Counted from the first letter of the stretch, positions 25,819 through 38,437 are shown. The stretch: DNA of 64,000 nucleotides from Gaiellaceae bacterium (GCA_045805985.1 JBJMKA010000015.1:31843-95842), one strand, 5' to 3'. A program made the numbers and translations. Notes: generated from the letters alone by a model not told the origin.

Positions 25819-26830
25819 GCGGCTATTGATCCTTGCGGAGGGATACTCCGCGGACCCGCACCACGGCAAGACGGCCCGGGGGGTGATCCGGTACCGCCCC
25901 GAGGACATCGTCGCGATCCTCGACACACAGCGCGCCGAGGGCGACACGCAGGACGGTTTTCCTGTCGTGCGCAGTGTCGAAGAAGCGTGTCAGTACGAGC
26001 CGACGATCGCTCTCGTCGGCGTCGCGACGACGGGCGGACGCTTCCCGCCGAAGTGGCGCGAGCTGCTGAAGGACGCGATCCGCGCGGGCCTGGATCTCGA
26101 GAACGGGCTGCACGAGTTCATCTCGGAGGATCCCGAGCTGGTCGAGCTCGCGCGCGGGCACGGCGTGGAGCTGCGCGACCTCCGCAAGCCGCCTCCCGGC
26201 CTGAACGTGCCGACGGGCGCGAACCTCACGCACGGTGCGAGGACCGTCCTGACCGTCGGCTCCGACTGCGCGATCGGGAAGATGACCGTCTCGCTCGAGC
26301 TCGATCGTGAAGCCCGCAGGCGCGGAATCAAGAGCGAGTTCGTCCCGACCGGCCAGACCGGAATCGCGATTGCGGGGTGGGGGATCTCCGTCGACGCGGT
26401 CGTCTCCGACTTCGTCGCGGGCGCCGCCGAGCAGCTCGTCGTCCAGGGCGCCGAGCGCGGCGCCGAGCTGCTGCTCGTCGAGGGCCAGGGATCGCTCCTC
26501 CATCCGTTCTACTCCGGCGTCACCCTCGGACTGATCCACGGCTCCGCCCCGCACGCCTATGTTCTCTGCCACAAGGCCGGCGCGCGGTTCGTCGAAGGGG
26601 ATGAGCGGTTCGTGATCCCGCCGCTCTCCGAGCTGGCCGACCTCCATGCCCGCATGAGCCTCCTCGCCAGGCCGGCCAAGGTGAGCGCGATCGCCCTCAA
26701 CACGAGTGACCTGGACGAGCCTTCGGCGCGCCGCGCGCTCGAGGAAACCGAGGCCGAGACCGGCCTCCCGGCCGACGATCCCGTCCGCTTCGGAGCCGGG
26801 AAGCTGGTGGACGCTCTTCAGAAGGAGTAG
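25802..26830 (+). CDS. DUF1611 protein (DgcN-like N-acetyltransferase family)
   Basis: ORF 25754..26830. GTG 25802 overlaps the epimerase by 17 nt. P-loop-like segment VLTVGSDCAIGKMT and DUF1611-wide similarity. Confidence 0.85.
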   Translation: MSKARRRLLILAEGYSADPHHGKTARGVIRYRPEDIVAILDTQRAEGDTQDGFPVVRSVEEACQYEPTIALVGVATTGGRFPPKWRELLKDAIRAGLDLENGLHEFISEDPELVELARGHGVELRDLRKPPPGLNVPTGANLTHGARTVLTVGSDCAIGKMTVSLELDREARRRGIKSEFVPTGQTGIAIAGWGISVDAVVSDFVAGAAEQLVVQGAERGAELLLVEGQGSLLHPFYSGVTLGLIHGSAPHAYVLCHKAGARFVEGDERFVIPPLSELADLHARMSLLARPAKVSAIALNTSDLDEPSARRALEETEAETGLPADDPVRFGAGKLVDALQKE

Positions 26831-26852
26831 GTCGGGCCGAGCGGAACGATAG

Positions 26853-26875
26853 GCCGACTGGCGGGTACAGTCGGC
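26853..26875 (+). terminator. Hairpin after the DUF1611 gene (no U-tract)
   Basis: GCCGACTG-gcgggta-CAGTCGGC, a perfect 8-bp stem. Confidence 0.35.
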
Positions 26876-26898
26876 GGCCGCGCTGCCGATAAGAGCCT

Positions 26899-26912
26899 CG
26901 AACGTTCGTTCC
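26899..26912. promoter_or_regulatory. SOS-box-like dyad upstream of the GH-like gene
   Basis: CGAAC-gttc-GTTCC, 19 nt upstream of GTG 26931. Matches GAAC-N4-GTTC. Confidence 0.45.
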
Positions 26913-26930
26913 TACCCCCTAGGAGATGCA

Positions 26931-28274
26931 GTGAAGAGAGTCCTTGCGGCTGCCGTAGCGCTCGTCGTCGTGGCACTGAGCTTCGGCGCTGCGCGCGCGG
27001 CCGCCGATGGTGTCAGGTACGGAGTGAACGACGACCAGGGCATGTTCGAGAAGGGCGCCGGGCCGTTCTTCTCGAACCTGACCGGGCTCGGCATGCGCGA
27101 CAACACCGTGACTGTGCGCTGGGACGAGACGTCCGCCGACGGTTTCGAGGTGCTCGATGCGGCCACGAACGTCTCGTTGAAGGACTTCCTGCCGGAGACC
27201 GTCGCTGCCGCGAACCTGGCCGGCGTGACGCTGACCTTCGACGTCTACCCCCGGCACTCGCTTGCCGCCGGTGCCCCAGCGGCGAACGCGGCGAAGTTCG
27301 CGGCCTGGCTGGCTCAGCTCGCCAAGGATTATCCATCCGTCAAGAGCTACGTCGTGATGAACGAATGCAACCAGCCGCTCTTCGTCAACCCGCAGTACGG
27401 CGGCGGCAACCTTGTCTCCGCCGCTGCATGCGGTGAGTTCCTCGCCGCCGGTTACCAGGCGCTGAAGTTGGTCGACCCGAGCATCTTCGTCTGGGGTCTC
27501 GGCCTCTCGCCACACGGCGCGAAGGGGGACGGACGGGATCACCGCGACTCGAGCCCCTTCGATTTCCTCTCGGCGCTCGGCACCTGGTACAAGGCCAGCA
27601 CCTACAGCGGCCAGAAGATCATGGACGGCCTCGACCTCCACCCGTACCCGATCCCCCAGTCCGTGCCGTTCGCGCAGGGGAACAGCAATGTGGGCGGCCC
27701 TGCCTACGGCGTGACGACGCTTCCGCTCGTCTATCAGGCCTTCTACAACGCCTTCAAGGGCACCGTGCAGCCGACGGTCGGCCCCGGCCGGTTGCCCGTC
27801 AGCCTCAACGAGGTTGGTATCCAGACGGTCCCCTCGGCCGGCGGATACACCGGCACGGAGACCGCCGGCTGGGACGTGAGTGGCACGACCGGCGATGAGG
27901 CCTACCAGGCCGCCTGGTACAAGCAGCTGATCGATGCGACGCAGTGCGACGCCTCGATCACGAACGTCAACATCTTCAAGCTCCTCGACCAGGCCGACCT
28001 CGGTGCCTGGCAGAGCGGCCTCTACCAGCTCGGCTGGGTGGCGAAGCAGTCGGCCGACGTCGTAAAGAACGAGATCGCTTCGGTGACGACCTGCCCAACG
28101 GGCTCGGCGAGGTTCTGGGCTCCGTCGACAGCCTCCACCGGGAAGCCAATCGCGAAGCCTGCGAAGAAGGCCGTCAAGAAACCGGTGAAGAAATCGGCGA
28201 AGAAGCCGGGGAAGACGAAGCAGGCGAGGTACGACCATTGGCTGCCCGGAACGGGGGTCCCACACGGTGCTTGA
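26931..28274 (+). CDS. Secreted TIM-barrel glycoside-hydrolase-like protein (clan GH-A signature) with a Lys-rich tail
   Basis: AGGAGA Shine-Dalgarno sequence plus GTG. Signal peptide. VMNECNQP (acid/base NE), DLHPYP, SLNEVG (nucleophile E). C-terminal KPIAKPAKKAVKKPVKKSAKKPGKTKQ. Confidence 0.65.
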   Translation: MKRVLAAAVALVVVALSFGAARAAADGVRYGVNDDQGMFEKGAGPFFSNLTGLGMRDNTVTVRWDETSADGFEVLDAATNVSLKDFLPETVAAANLAGVTLTFDVYPRHSLAAGAPAANAAKFAAWLAQLAKDYPSVKSYVVMNECNQPLFVNPQYGGGNLVSAAACGEFLAAGYQALKLVDPSIFVWGLGLSPHGAKGDGRDHRDSSPFDFLSALGTWYKASTYSGQKIMDGLDLHPYPIPQSVPFAQGNSNVGGPAYGVTTLPLVYQAFYNAFKGTVQPTVGPGRLPVSLNEVGIQTVPSAGGYTGTETAGWDVSGTTGDEAYQAAWYKQLIDATQCDASITNVNIFKLLDQADLGAWQSGLYQLGWVAKQSADVVKNEIASVTTCPTGSARFWAPSTASTGKPIAKPAKKAVKKPVKKSAKKPGKTKQARYDHWLPGTGVPHGA

Positions 28275-28315
28275 CATACGAACAGGCGTTCGCTAGCATG
28301 GCGAACACATGTTCG
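28271..28315 (+). promoter_or_regulatory. Consensus promoter with two LexA-type boxes driving the LysM gene
   Basis: TTGACA (28271-76), 17-nt spacer, TAGCAT (28294-99). Box 1 CGAACaggcGTTCG (28279-92) lies in the spacer. Box 2 CGAACacatGTTCG (28302-15) covers the ATG at 28309. Confidence 0.7.
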
Positions 28316-28548
28316 TCCGAATCTTGCTCATCGTGGGAATCGCCGTGCTGCTGTGGAGCGCCATGGCGCGCTCCTCGAACGCTCACGGCGCGAAGCAGGT
28401 GGTAACGGTTCGCGCGTACGAGACGCTCTGGTCGATCGCGCAGAAGCACTATGCGGGCGACGTCCGCGACGCGGTCTGGCAGATCGAGAAGGCGAACCAC
28501 CTGCGGAGCGCAGACGTGCGCGTCGGCCAGACCCTCGTCCTTCCCTGA
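28309..28548 (+). CDS. TM + LysM small protein (YneA/ChiZ-like candidate SOS cell-division inhibitor)
   Basis: N-terminal TM helix (ILLIVGIAVLLWSAM). LysM domain (VTVRAYETLWSIAQKHY ... VGQTLVLP). Confidence 0.85.
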   Translation: MFVRILLIVGIAVLLWSAMARSSNAHGAKQVVTVRAYETLWSIAQKHYAGDVRDAVWQIEKANHLRSADVRVGQTLVLP

Positions 28549-28574
28549 CGGTCCCGCGCCCGCTGCGGCGCTGC

Positions 28575-28597
28575 AAAAAACCGTCTCGCTGCGAGAC
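28575..28597 (-). terminator. Canonical intrinsic terminator oriented leftward (no annotated leftward gene feeds it)
   Basis: The minus strand reads GTCTCG-cag-CGAGAC-GG-TTTTTT. This is the only A6/T6 run I noticed in my manual scan of the window. Confidence 0.5.
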
Positions 28598-28608
28598 TGT
28601 GCCCTGGC

Positions 28609-29601
28609 ATGGACCTGGACATCGTCTTTCTCGGCACGTCGGCGAGTGCGCCCACTGCGCGGCGGGCGCCGATGGCGCTGCTCGTACGTCGGGGCGGCGA
28701 CCGCCTGCTCTTCGACTGCGCGGAGGGCACGCAGCGGCAGTTGATGCGCTCGGCGATCGGGTTGCCCGATCTCGAAGAGATCTTTCTCACGCACTTCCAC
28801 GCCGACCACTACCTCGGCCTGCCCGGGATGCTGAAGACGTTCTCCCTGCGTCAGCGCGAGCTCCCGCTCACGGTGTACGGCCCAGCCGGGCTGCGCGATC
28901 TCTTCAAGAGCCTGGGACGGATCATCGGCAAGCTCAGCTACCCGATCGAGCTCGAGGAGCTGCGGCCGGGGGAGGCCTTGGAGCGCGACGGCTACCGGAT
29001 CCTCGCCTTTCCGGTGCACCACGGCGTGTCTGCGGTCGGCTACGTGGTCGAAGAGGACGAGCGGCCGGGCGAGTTCGACGCCACCGCGGCGGACGCGCTC
29101 GGCATCCCGTTCGGGCCCGAGCGCGGCGCGCTGCAGCGCGGGGAGTCGGTGACCTTCGAGGACGGTCGCGTGCTCACGCCGGATGCGGTGCTCGGGCCCG
29201 CGCGTCGCGGCCGGCGCATCGTGATTCCCGGCGACACAGCGCCGGTCGAGACGGTGCGCGTGCTTGCGGAGGGCGCCGATGTGCTGGTCCACGAGGCGAC
29301 GTTCCTCGAGGACGAACGCGATCGCGCGGCCGACACGCTGCACTCGACGGCGCGCCAGGCAGCCGAGGTGGCGCGTGACGCAGACGTCCGCCTGCTCGCG
29401 CTCACGCATGTCTCACCGCGCTACTTCGGCGAAGAGCTCGTGCGCGAGGCGCGCGACGTATTTCCCGCGACCGTGGTGCCCAAGGACTTCGACGTGATCG
29501 AAGTGCCATTCGTGGAGCGGGGATCGCCCGAGTTGATCAGGCGCGGCGCGCGGCCCGAAAAGGTGTCTGACACCGTTCCGCCGGCGGACGTCGCTCTGTA
29601 G
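28609..29601 (+). CDS. rnz: Ribonuclease Z
   Basis: Metallo-beta-lactamase motif HFHADHYLG. Typical N-terminus MDLDIVFLGTSASAPT. C-terminal tail KVSDTVPPADVAL is encoded by a palindrome copy. Confidence 0.9.
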   Translation: MDLDIVFLGTSASAPTARRAPMALLVRRGGDRLLFDCAEGTQRQLMRSAIGLPDLEEIFLTHFHADHYLGLPGMLKTFSLRQRELPLTVYGPAGLRDLFKSLGRIIGKLSYPIELEELRPGEALERDGYRILAFPVHHGVSAVGYVVEEDERPGEFDATAADALGIPFGPERGALQRGESVTFEDGRVLTPDAVLGPARRGRRIVIPGDTAPVETVRVLAEGADVLVHEATFLEDERDRAADTLHSTARQAAEVARDADVRLLALTHVSPRYFGEELVREARDVFPATVVPKDFDVIEVPFVERGSPELIRRGARPEKVSDTVPPADVAL

Positions 29602-29638
29602 CTCGCAGAGGTGTCAGACACCTTTGGTATCAGACACG
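29562..29638. repeat. Three GGTGTCWGACACC-family palindromes at the rnz/aminopeptidase convergent ends
   Basis: 29562-29574 GGTGTCTGACACC, 29610-29622 GGTGTCAGACACC (15-mer with flanks), 29626-29638 GGTATCAGACACG. Confidence 0.9.
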
Positions 29639-30834
29639 AGCTGCCACGCTCCCCCGCGCAACACCGCGACCTCTTCGCCGTCGCGCGTCAGTCCGGTGAC
29701 GGTCACGTCGTCGCTGCCGATCATGAAGTCGACGTGGATCTCGCTCTGGTTGATGCGGTCGTGGTCGGCGTCGCCGACATGCGTTGCGTAGGCGTTACCG
29801 AGCGCAAGATGGCTGGCGGCGTTCTCGTCGAGCAGGGTGTTGAAGAACACCGTGCCGGTCTTGCCGATGCGGCCTTCGCGGTCGACGAGCGCCAGCTCGC
29901 CCAGCCGCTTCGCACCGTCGTCCCTCTCCGTGCGCGTTCGCAGTGCGTCCGCGTTTTTGCCCTGGATGTCGACGACACGGCCGCTCTCGAAGCGAACCTG
30001 GAGGTTGTGAACGACAGAGCCCGCGACGTCGAGCGGCTTGGTGGCGGTCACGACGCCGTCGGCGCGCAGCGGGTCGGGCGTTGTCGTCACCTCCTCGGTC
30101 GGCAGGTTGGGGGCGTGGATCACGCCGTCCACCGTCTGCATGCCGGGCGTCTCCGACCCGAAGCGTGAGGTGGGGAGGAGGCCCACGGTGAGGTCGGTTC
30201 CCGGCCCTTGGAAGCGGATGGCGTCGAAGTGCCGTTCGTTGAGCAGGTTGCCGGCGTCGTGCAGCTGCCGGAGACGCGTGTGCCATGCCGCCGCAGCGTC
30301 GGGCTCGTCGAGTCGCAACACGTAGATGAGTTGCTCCCAGAGCTTCGCCATCGCCGTGTCCTCGTCGAGGCCCGGGTGCACGAGGTGCGCCCATTCCGGC
30401 ACGGCCCAGGGCACGACCGTCCAGTTCGTCGTCCGCGCGTTGATGACGCCGAAGCTCTCCGCATGCCCCGGCAGAGCATCGCGGCCGGCGAGTCCGGGAT
30501 CGATGCCGTCAAGGAGCCCCGGAGGCACCTGCGGCGTGATCGAGATGCGGGCGCCGTGGCCCTCGCCCAGCTCGATGATTCGGCGGCCGTACCAGGACGG
30601 GACGAACGCGAGGGTGTCCGCAGGCGCTCGCTCGAGCCGGATCCGCTTCACGAAGGGGTCGAAGTACCACGGGTCGACGAACTTTGCTCCGCGCTCATAC
30701 GCCTCGGCGGCCACGACCCTCACGAGCGGCGCGGCCCGTGGCTCGGCGACGATCCAGACGATCTGGCCGGGCTGGACGTTCGCGCCGACCTCGACGATCA
30801 ATTTGGCGTAGCGGCTCAGAGTCTCGGCGTCCAC
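29614..30834 (-). CDS. M29 family aminopeptidase (AmpS/PepS-like)
   Basis: Full-length ORF with family-wide similarity (YAKLIVEVGANVQPGQ ..., LLDENAASHLALGNAY). Confidence 0.9.
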   Translation of the reverse strand: MDAETLSRYAKLIVEVGANVQPGQIVWIVAEPRAAPLVRVVAAEAYERGAKFVDPWYFDPFVKRIRLERAPADTLAFVPSWYGRRIIELGEGHGARISITPQVPPGLLDGIDPGLAGRDALPGHAESFGVINARTTNWTVVPWAVPEWAHLVHPGLDEDTAMAKLWEQLIYVLRLDEPDAAAAWHTRLRQLHDAGNLLNERHFDAIRFQGPGTDLTVGLLPTSRFGSETPGMQTVDGVIHAPNLPTEEVTTTPDPLRADGVVTATKPLDVAGSVVHNLQVRFESGRVVDIQGKNADALRTRTERDDGAKRLGELALVDREGRIGKTGTVFFNTLLDENAASHLALGNAYATHVGDADHDRINQSEIHVDFMIGSDDVTVTGLTRDGEEVAVLRGGAWQLVSDTKGV

Positions 30835-30923
30835 AGCGGCGCAACACTAACCTCCGTCGAGCTCCGTCCGACGGGATGCACTACAGTCCCCGGCGGCACT
30901 GCTCAATCACCACGCCCCTTTAA

Positions 30924-30949
30924 CCCGGTCCAGAGAGGCCGGAAAGGAG
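30924..30949 (+). promoter_or_regulatory. PyrR-binding stem-loop abutting the pyrR ribosome-binding site
   Basis: CCCGGUC-CAGAGA-GGCCGG contains the conserved UCCAGAGAGG core. AAAGGAG Shine-Dalgarno sequence follows immediately; ATG at 30954. Confidence 0.8.
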
Positions 30950-30953
30950 TCGG

Positions 30954-31539
<586 letters not shown>

Positions 31540-31547
<8 letters not shown>

Positions 31548-32517
31548 CCTGCGCGTCGTCGGCGGCGACCTCCTGCCGCCGCCCGTGCCGGAGAAGCGCA
31601 ACCTGCTGTCGATCGCGGATCTCTCGCCGGGCGACGTCGAGCGCCTGCTCGCGACCGCGCGCTCGTTCGCGCACTCGCAGGAGCGCGACAACAAGAAGCT
31701 GCCGACTCTGCGCGGCAGGCTGATCCTGAACGTCTTCTATGAGTCCTCGACACGGACGTCGTCGAGCTTCGAGCTCGCGGCGAAGCGCCTCTCCGCCGAT
31801 ACGATGACGCTCAAGGCCGCCGGCTCCTCGGTGGACAAGGGTGAGTCGCTCAAGGACACGGCGCTCACGCTCTCCGCGTACGACCCCGACGTGATCGTCC
31901 TGCGCCATCCCGATGTCGGCGCCGCGGAGTACGTCGCGCGGCTGACCGACGCGCGCGTCGTGAACGCGGGCGACGGCAAGCATCAACACCCGACGCAGGC
32001 GCTGCTCGACCTCTACACGATGCGCGAGGCCTTCGGCAGGCTCGACGGACTGCAGGTTGCGATCGTGGGCGATGCCATGCACTCGCGTGTCGCCCGCTCG
32101 CTCGTGCAGGCACTGCGCCTCGTCGGCGCAGATGCGATCCTCGTCGGCCCGCCGGCGCTGTTGCCTCACGGTCTCGCGCCGACCTCGCACGACATCTCGA
32201 CGATCGGCGACGCCGACGTCGTCTACGTCCTGCGCATGCAGCGCGAGCGGATGCTCGAGGGCGCGAACTTCGTCCCGTCACTGCGCGAGTACACCGCACA
32301 GTGGGGCATCACGCCCGACCGGCTCCGTGACGGCCAGCGCGTCATGCACCCGGGACCGATGAACCGCGGCGTCGAGATCGACGCCCGTGTCGCGGACTCA
32401 GACGCCGGCCTGATCGTCGATCAGGTGCGCGCGGGCCTGATCGTTCGCATGGCGGTGCTCTACGACCTGCTGACCACCGGCCCGGTCGCGGTCGAGACCA
32501 CGGTGGAGGTCGCGTGA
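31540..32517 (+). CDS. pyrB: Aspartate carbamoyltransferase catalytic subunit
   Basis: Tail of ORF 31294..32517 from GTG 31540. Motifs ESSTRTS, HPTQ, HPGPMNRG. Confidence 0.95.
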
Positions 32518-33815
32518 TGCTGGCCGGCCGCACGGGAGCAGACAACGTCGTCGTGCGCGGCGCGCGGGTGCTCGACCCTGTCGAGGGAATCGACGCGACG
32601 CTCGACGTGCGGATCGACAACGGCGTGATCGCACAGATCGGGGAAAACGTGGACGCGAATGAGCACCGCGTGGTCGAGGCAGCCGGGCTGACGCTCGCGC
32701 CGGCCTTCATCGACCCGCATGTGCACCTGCGCACACCAGGGCGCGAGGACGAGGAGACGATCGCGAGCGGGACCGCCGCTGCAGCGGCGGGCGGGTACTG
32801 CGCGATCCTCGCCGTCCCGAACACCGACCCGGTGATCGACGACGCCGACGTGCTCCGGGGTCTCCGCGCCCGCGCGGATGAGGAGGCGCGCATCCCCGTC
32901 GGCTTCCTCGCCGCGATCACCAAGGGTCAGGAGGGATCGGAGCTGACCGAGATGGCCGCGCTCGCAGCTGCCGGCGCCGCCGGCTTCACCGACGACGGCA
33001 GGCCGGTCGCGTCCGCCGGTGTGATGCGGCGCGCGCTGCAATACAACGCGGTCACCGGCCGGATGATCGCCGTCCATTGCGAAGAGGCATCGCTGACGCG
33101 CGGCGGCCACGCGCACGCCGGCCTCGTCGCTGCCGAGCTCGGGCTCGGAGGTTGGCCCTCGCTCGGCGAGAGCCTGATGGTCGCGCGCGACCTCGACCTC
33201 GCCGGCGAGACGGAACAGGCCGTGCACCTGATGCACCTCTCGGCCCGCGAGTCGGTCGTTCATCTGCGCCGCGCGCACGAGGCCGGCACACGTGCGACCG
33301 CCGAGGCGACGCCGCACCACCTGTGCCTGACCGACGAGGCAATCCGCACACTCGACGCCAACATGAAGATGAACCCGCCCCTGCGTGGCGAGGACGACCG
33401 GGCCGCCCTGATCGATGCGGTGCGCGACGGAACGATCGCGGCGATCGCGACCGATCACGCTCCGCATTCGCCCGAGGAGAAGGACGTCCCGTTCGAGGCG
33501 GCGCCTTTCGGCGTCACCGGCCTCGAGACGTCGTTCGCCTCGCTCTTCACTTATCTGATTCAGCCGGGCGTGCTCACGCTCGAAACCGTGCTCCAGCGGA
33601 TGTCGGCAGGGCCCGCCGCGATCTTCGGGCTCGACCGTCCCCGGATCGTCGTCGGCGCGCAGGCCAATGTCACCCTGATCGACACCGATGCGAGCTGGCG
33701 CGTCAAGGTGGAGCGCTTCCAGTCGCGGTCGCAGAACTCGTGGCTCCTCGGCAAGCGGCTGCGCGGACGGGTCAAGTTGACGATCGCCGCCGGCAAGGTG
33801 GTGCACGAGCTGTGA
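32514..33815 (+). CDS. pyrC: Dihydroorotase
   Basis: DPHVHLR metal site and ATDHAPH. Confidence 0.93.
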   Translation: MMLAGRTGADNVVVRGARVLDPVEGIDATLDVRIDNGVIAQIGENVDANEHRVVEAAGLTLAPAFIDPHVHLRTPGREDEETIASGTAAAAAGGYCAILAVPNTDPVIDDADVLRGLRARADEEARIPVGFLAAITKGQEGSELTEMAALAAAGAAGFTDDGRPVASAGVMRRALQYNAVTGRMIAVHCEEASLTRGGHAHAGLVAAELGLGGWPSLGESLMVARDLDLAGETEQAVHLMHLSARESVVHLRRAHEAGTRATAEATPHHLCLTDEAIRTLDANMKMNPPLRGEDDRAALIDAVRDGTIAAIATDHAPHSPEEKDVPFEAAPFGVTGLETSFASLFTYLIQPGVLTLETVLQRMSAGPAAIFGLDRPRIVVGAQANVTLIDTDASWRVKVERFQSRSQNSWLLGKRLRGRVKLTIAAGKVVHEL

Positions 33816-34845
33816 AGGGATACTTGGTGCTCGAGGACGGAACGGTCTTCGAGGGGCAATCGGTCGGCGCCGAGGGCTACGCGTTCGGCGAGGCGGTCTT
33901 CACCACGTCGATGAGCGGCTACCAGGAGGTGGCGACCGACCCGAGCTTCGAAGGTCAGATCGTCACCTTCACGGCGCCGATGGTCGGCAACTACGGCGTC
34001 GACGGAGCGCGGTCGGAGTCGAAGCGGGCACACGCCAAGGCGGTCGTGATGCGCGAGGCGCGCGGGCCGCAGTGGACCGACTGGCTGCATGCAAACGGTC
34101 TCGTCGCCGTTACCGGTGTGGACACGCGCTCGGTCGTGCTGCACCTACGTGAAGCGGGCGCGATGCGCGCTGCCGCCGTCGCAGGCGACATGTCAGTCGA
34201 CCAGGTGCTGAACGCCGTACGCGCCCAGCCTGAGATGACGGGTGCGGCGCTCGTCGCCGGCGTCTCGACGAAGGAGCGCTACACGTTCACGACTGAGGGG
34301 GTCGTTCGCGTCGCCGTTGTCGACTACGGGTGCAAGCGCTCGGTTCTCAGAAGAGTCGCCGCGAACGGCGCAGCAGTGGACGTCTTCCCCCACGACGCGG
34401 ACGCGCACACACTCGCCGGGTACGACGGCGTTCTGCTCTCGCCGGGCCCCGGTGACCCGGCGCCGCTCACCGGCGAGGTGCAACGGCTCCAGGAGCTGCT
34501 CGGTCGCGTGCCCGTGCTCGGCATCTGCCTCGGCCACCAGCTCGTCGCGCTCGCGACCGGCAAGGAGACGTTCAAGCTGCCGTTCGGCCACCGCGGGGCG
34601 AACCACCCGGTGATCGATCACCGCTCGCGCAGGGTGATCGTCACGTCGCAGAACCACGGTTTCGCCGTCGCCGCCGGAGACGAGTCAGGCGTGACGCACA
34701 GCTCGCTCTACGACGGCACGGTCGAAGGGCTCGCGTATCCCGAGCTTCGCGCGCGCTCCGCGCAGTTCCATCCGGAAGCTGCTCCGGGGCCGCACGACGC
34801 GGCGTCGATCATCGGTGGCTGGGTCGACGAATTGAAGGCGGCGTA

Positions 34846-34846
<1 letters not shown>
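33812..34846 (+). CDS. carA: Carbamoyl-phosphate synthase small (glutaminase) subunit
   Basis: Tail of ORF 33077..34846 from GTG 33812 ([15 protein letters not shown]). GICLGHQ catalytic Cys. HGFAV. Confidence 0.95.
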
Positions 34847-37768
<2,922 letters not shown>

Positions 37769-37797
<29 letters not shown>

Positions 37798-38437
37798 GGT
37801 CGCCGGCGTCGACGCCGTCGGGCCGTACGCGTTCGTGCGGGTCGACCGCGGCGCCATCGATCCGGGGACGCCGGGACAGTTCTTCATGCTCGAGGCGCCG
37901 GGCCGCGTGCTGCCCCGCCCGATGTCGCTTTGCCTCGCGCCGCGAGGCGAGCTCGCCTTCCTGCTCGACCCGATCGGGCCGGGCACGCAGGCGCTTGCGT
38001 CGTTGGAGGGAGGAGAACGGATCCACGTCTTCGGGCCGCTCGGCAACGGCTTCCGGCTCGACGTCGCGCGTCCGCTGCTCGTCGGCGGCGGCATCGGCAT
38101 CGCACCGTTGCCGTATCTCGCCGAAGCGCTCGAGCATCCGCCGGCCGTGCTCGGCTTTCGGTCCCAGCACCACGCGGAAGCGGCGGTGTTGATCCCGAAT
38201 GCCGAAACAGTCATCGACCCGACACTCGTTACGGATGTCATGCCCCTGGATCGCGACGTACTCGCGTGTGGTCCGGAACCGATGCTCGAGGCGGTTCGCG
38301 CACTCGTCCCAGACGCGCAACTCGCGTGGGAGGCGCCGATGGCCTGCGGCTACGGAGCGTGTTATGGCTGCGCCGTCGAGATCGATGGAGAGCTGAAACG
38401 GCTGTGCGTCGAGGGGCCGGTGCTGTGCTCCTCCTGA
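37769..38437 (+). CDS. pyrK: Dihydroorotate dehydrogenase electron-transfer subunit
   Basis: Tail of ORF 37670..38437 from ATG 37769. FNR-like fold. 2Fe-2S motif [13 protein letters not shown] ... LCVEGP. Confidence 0.85.
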
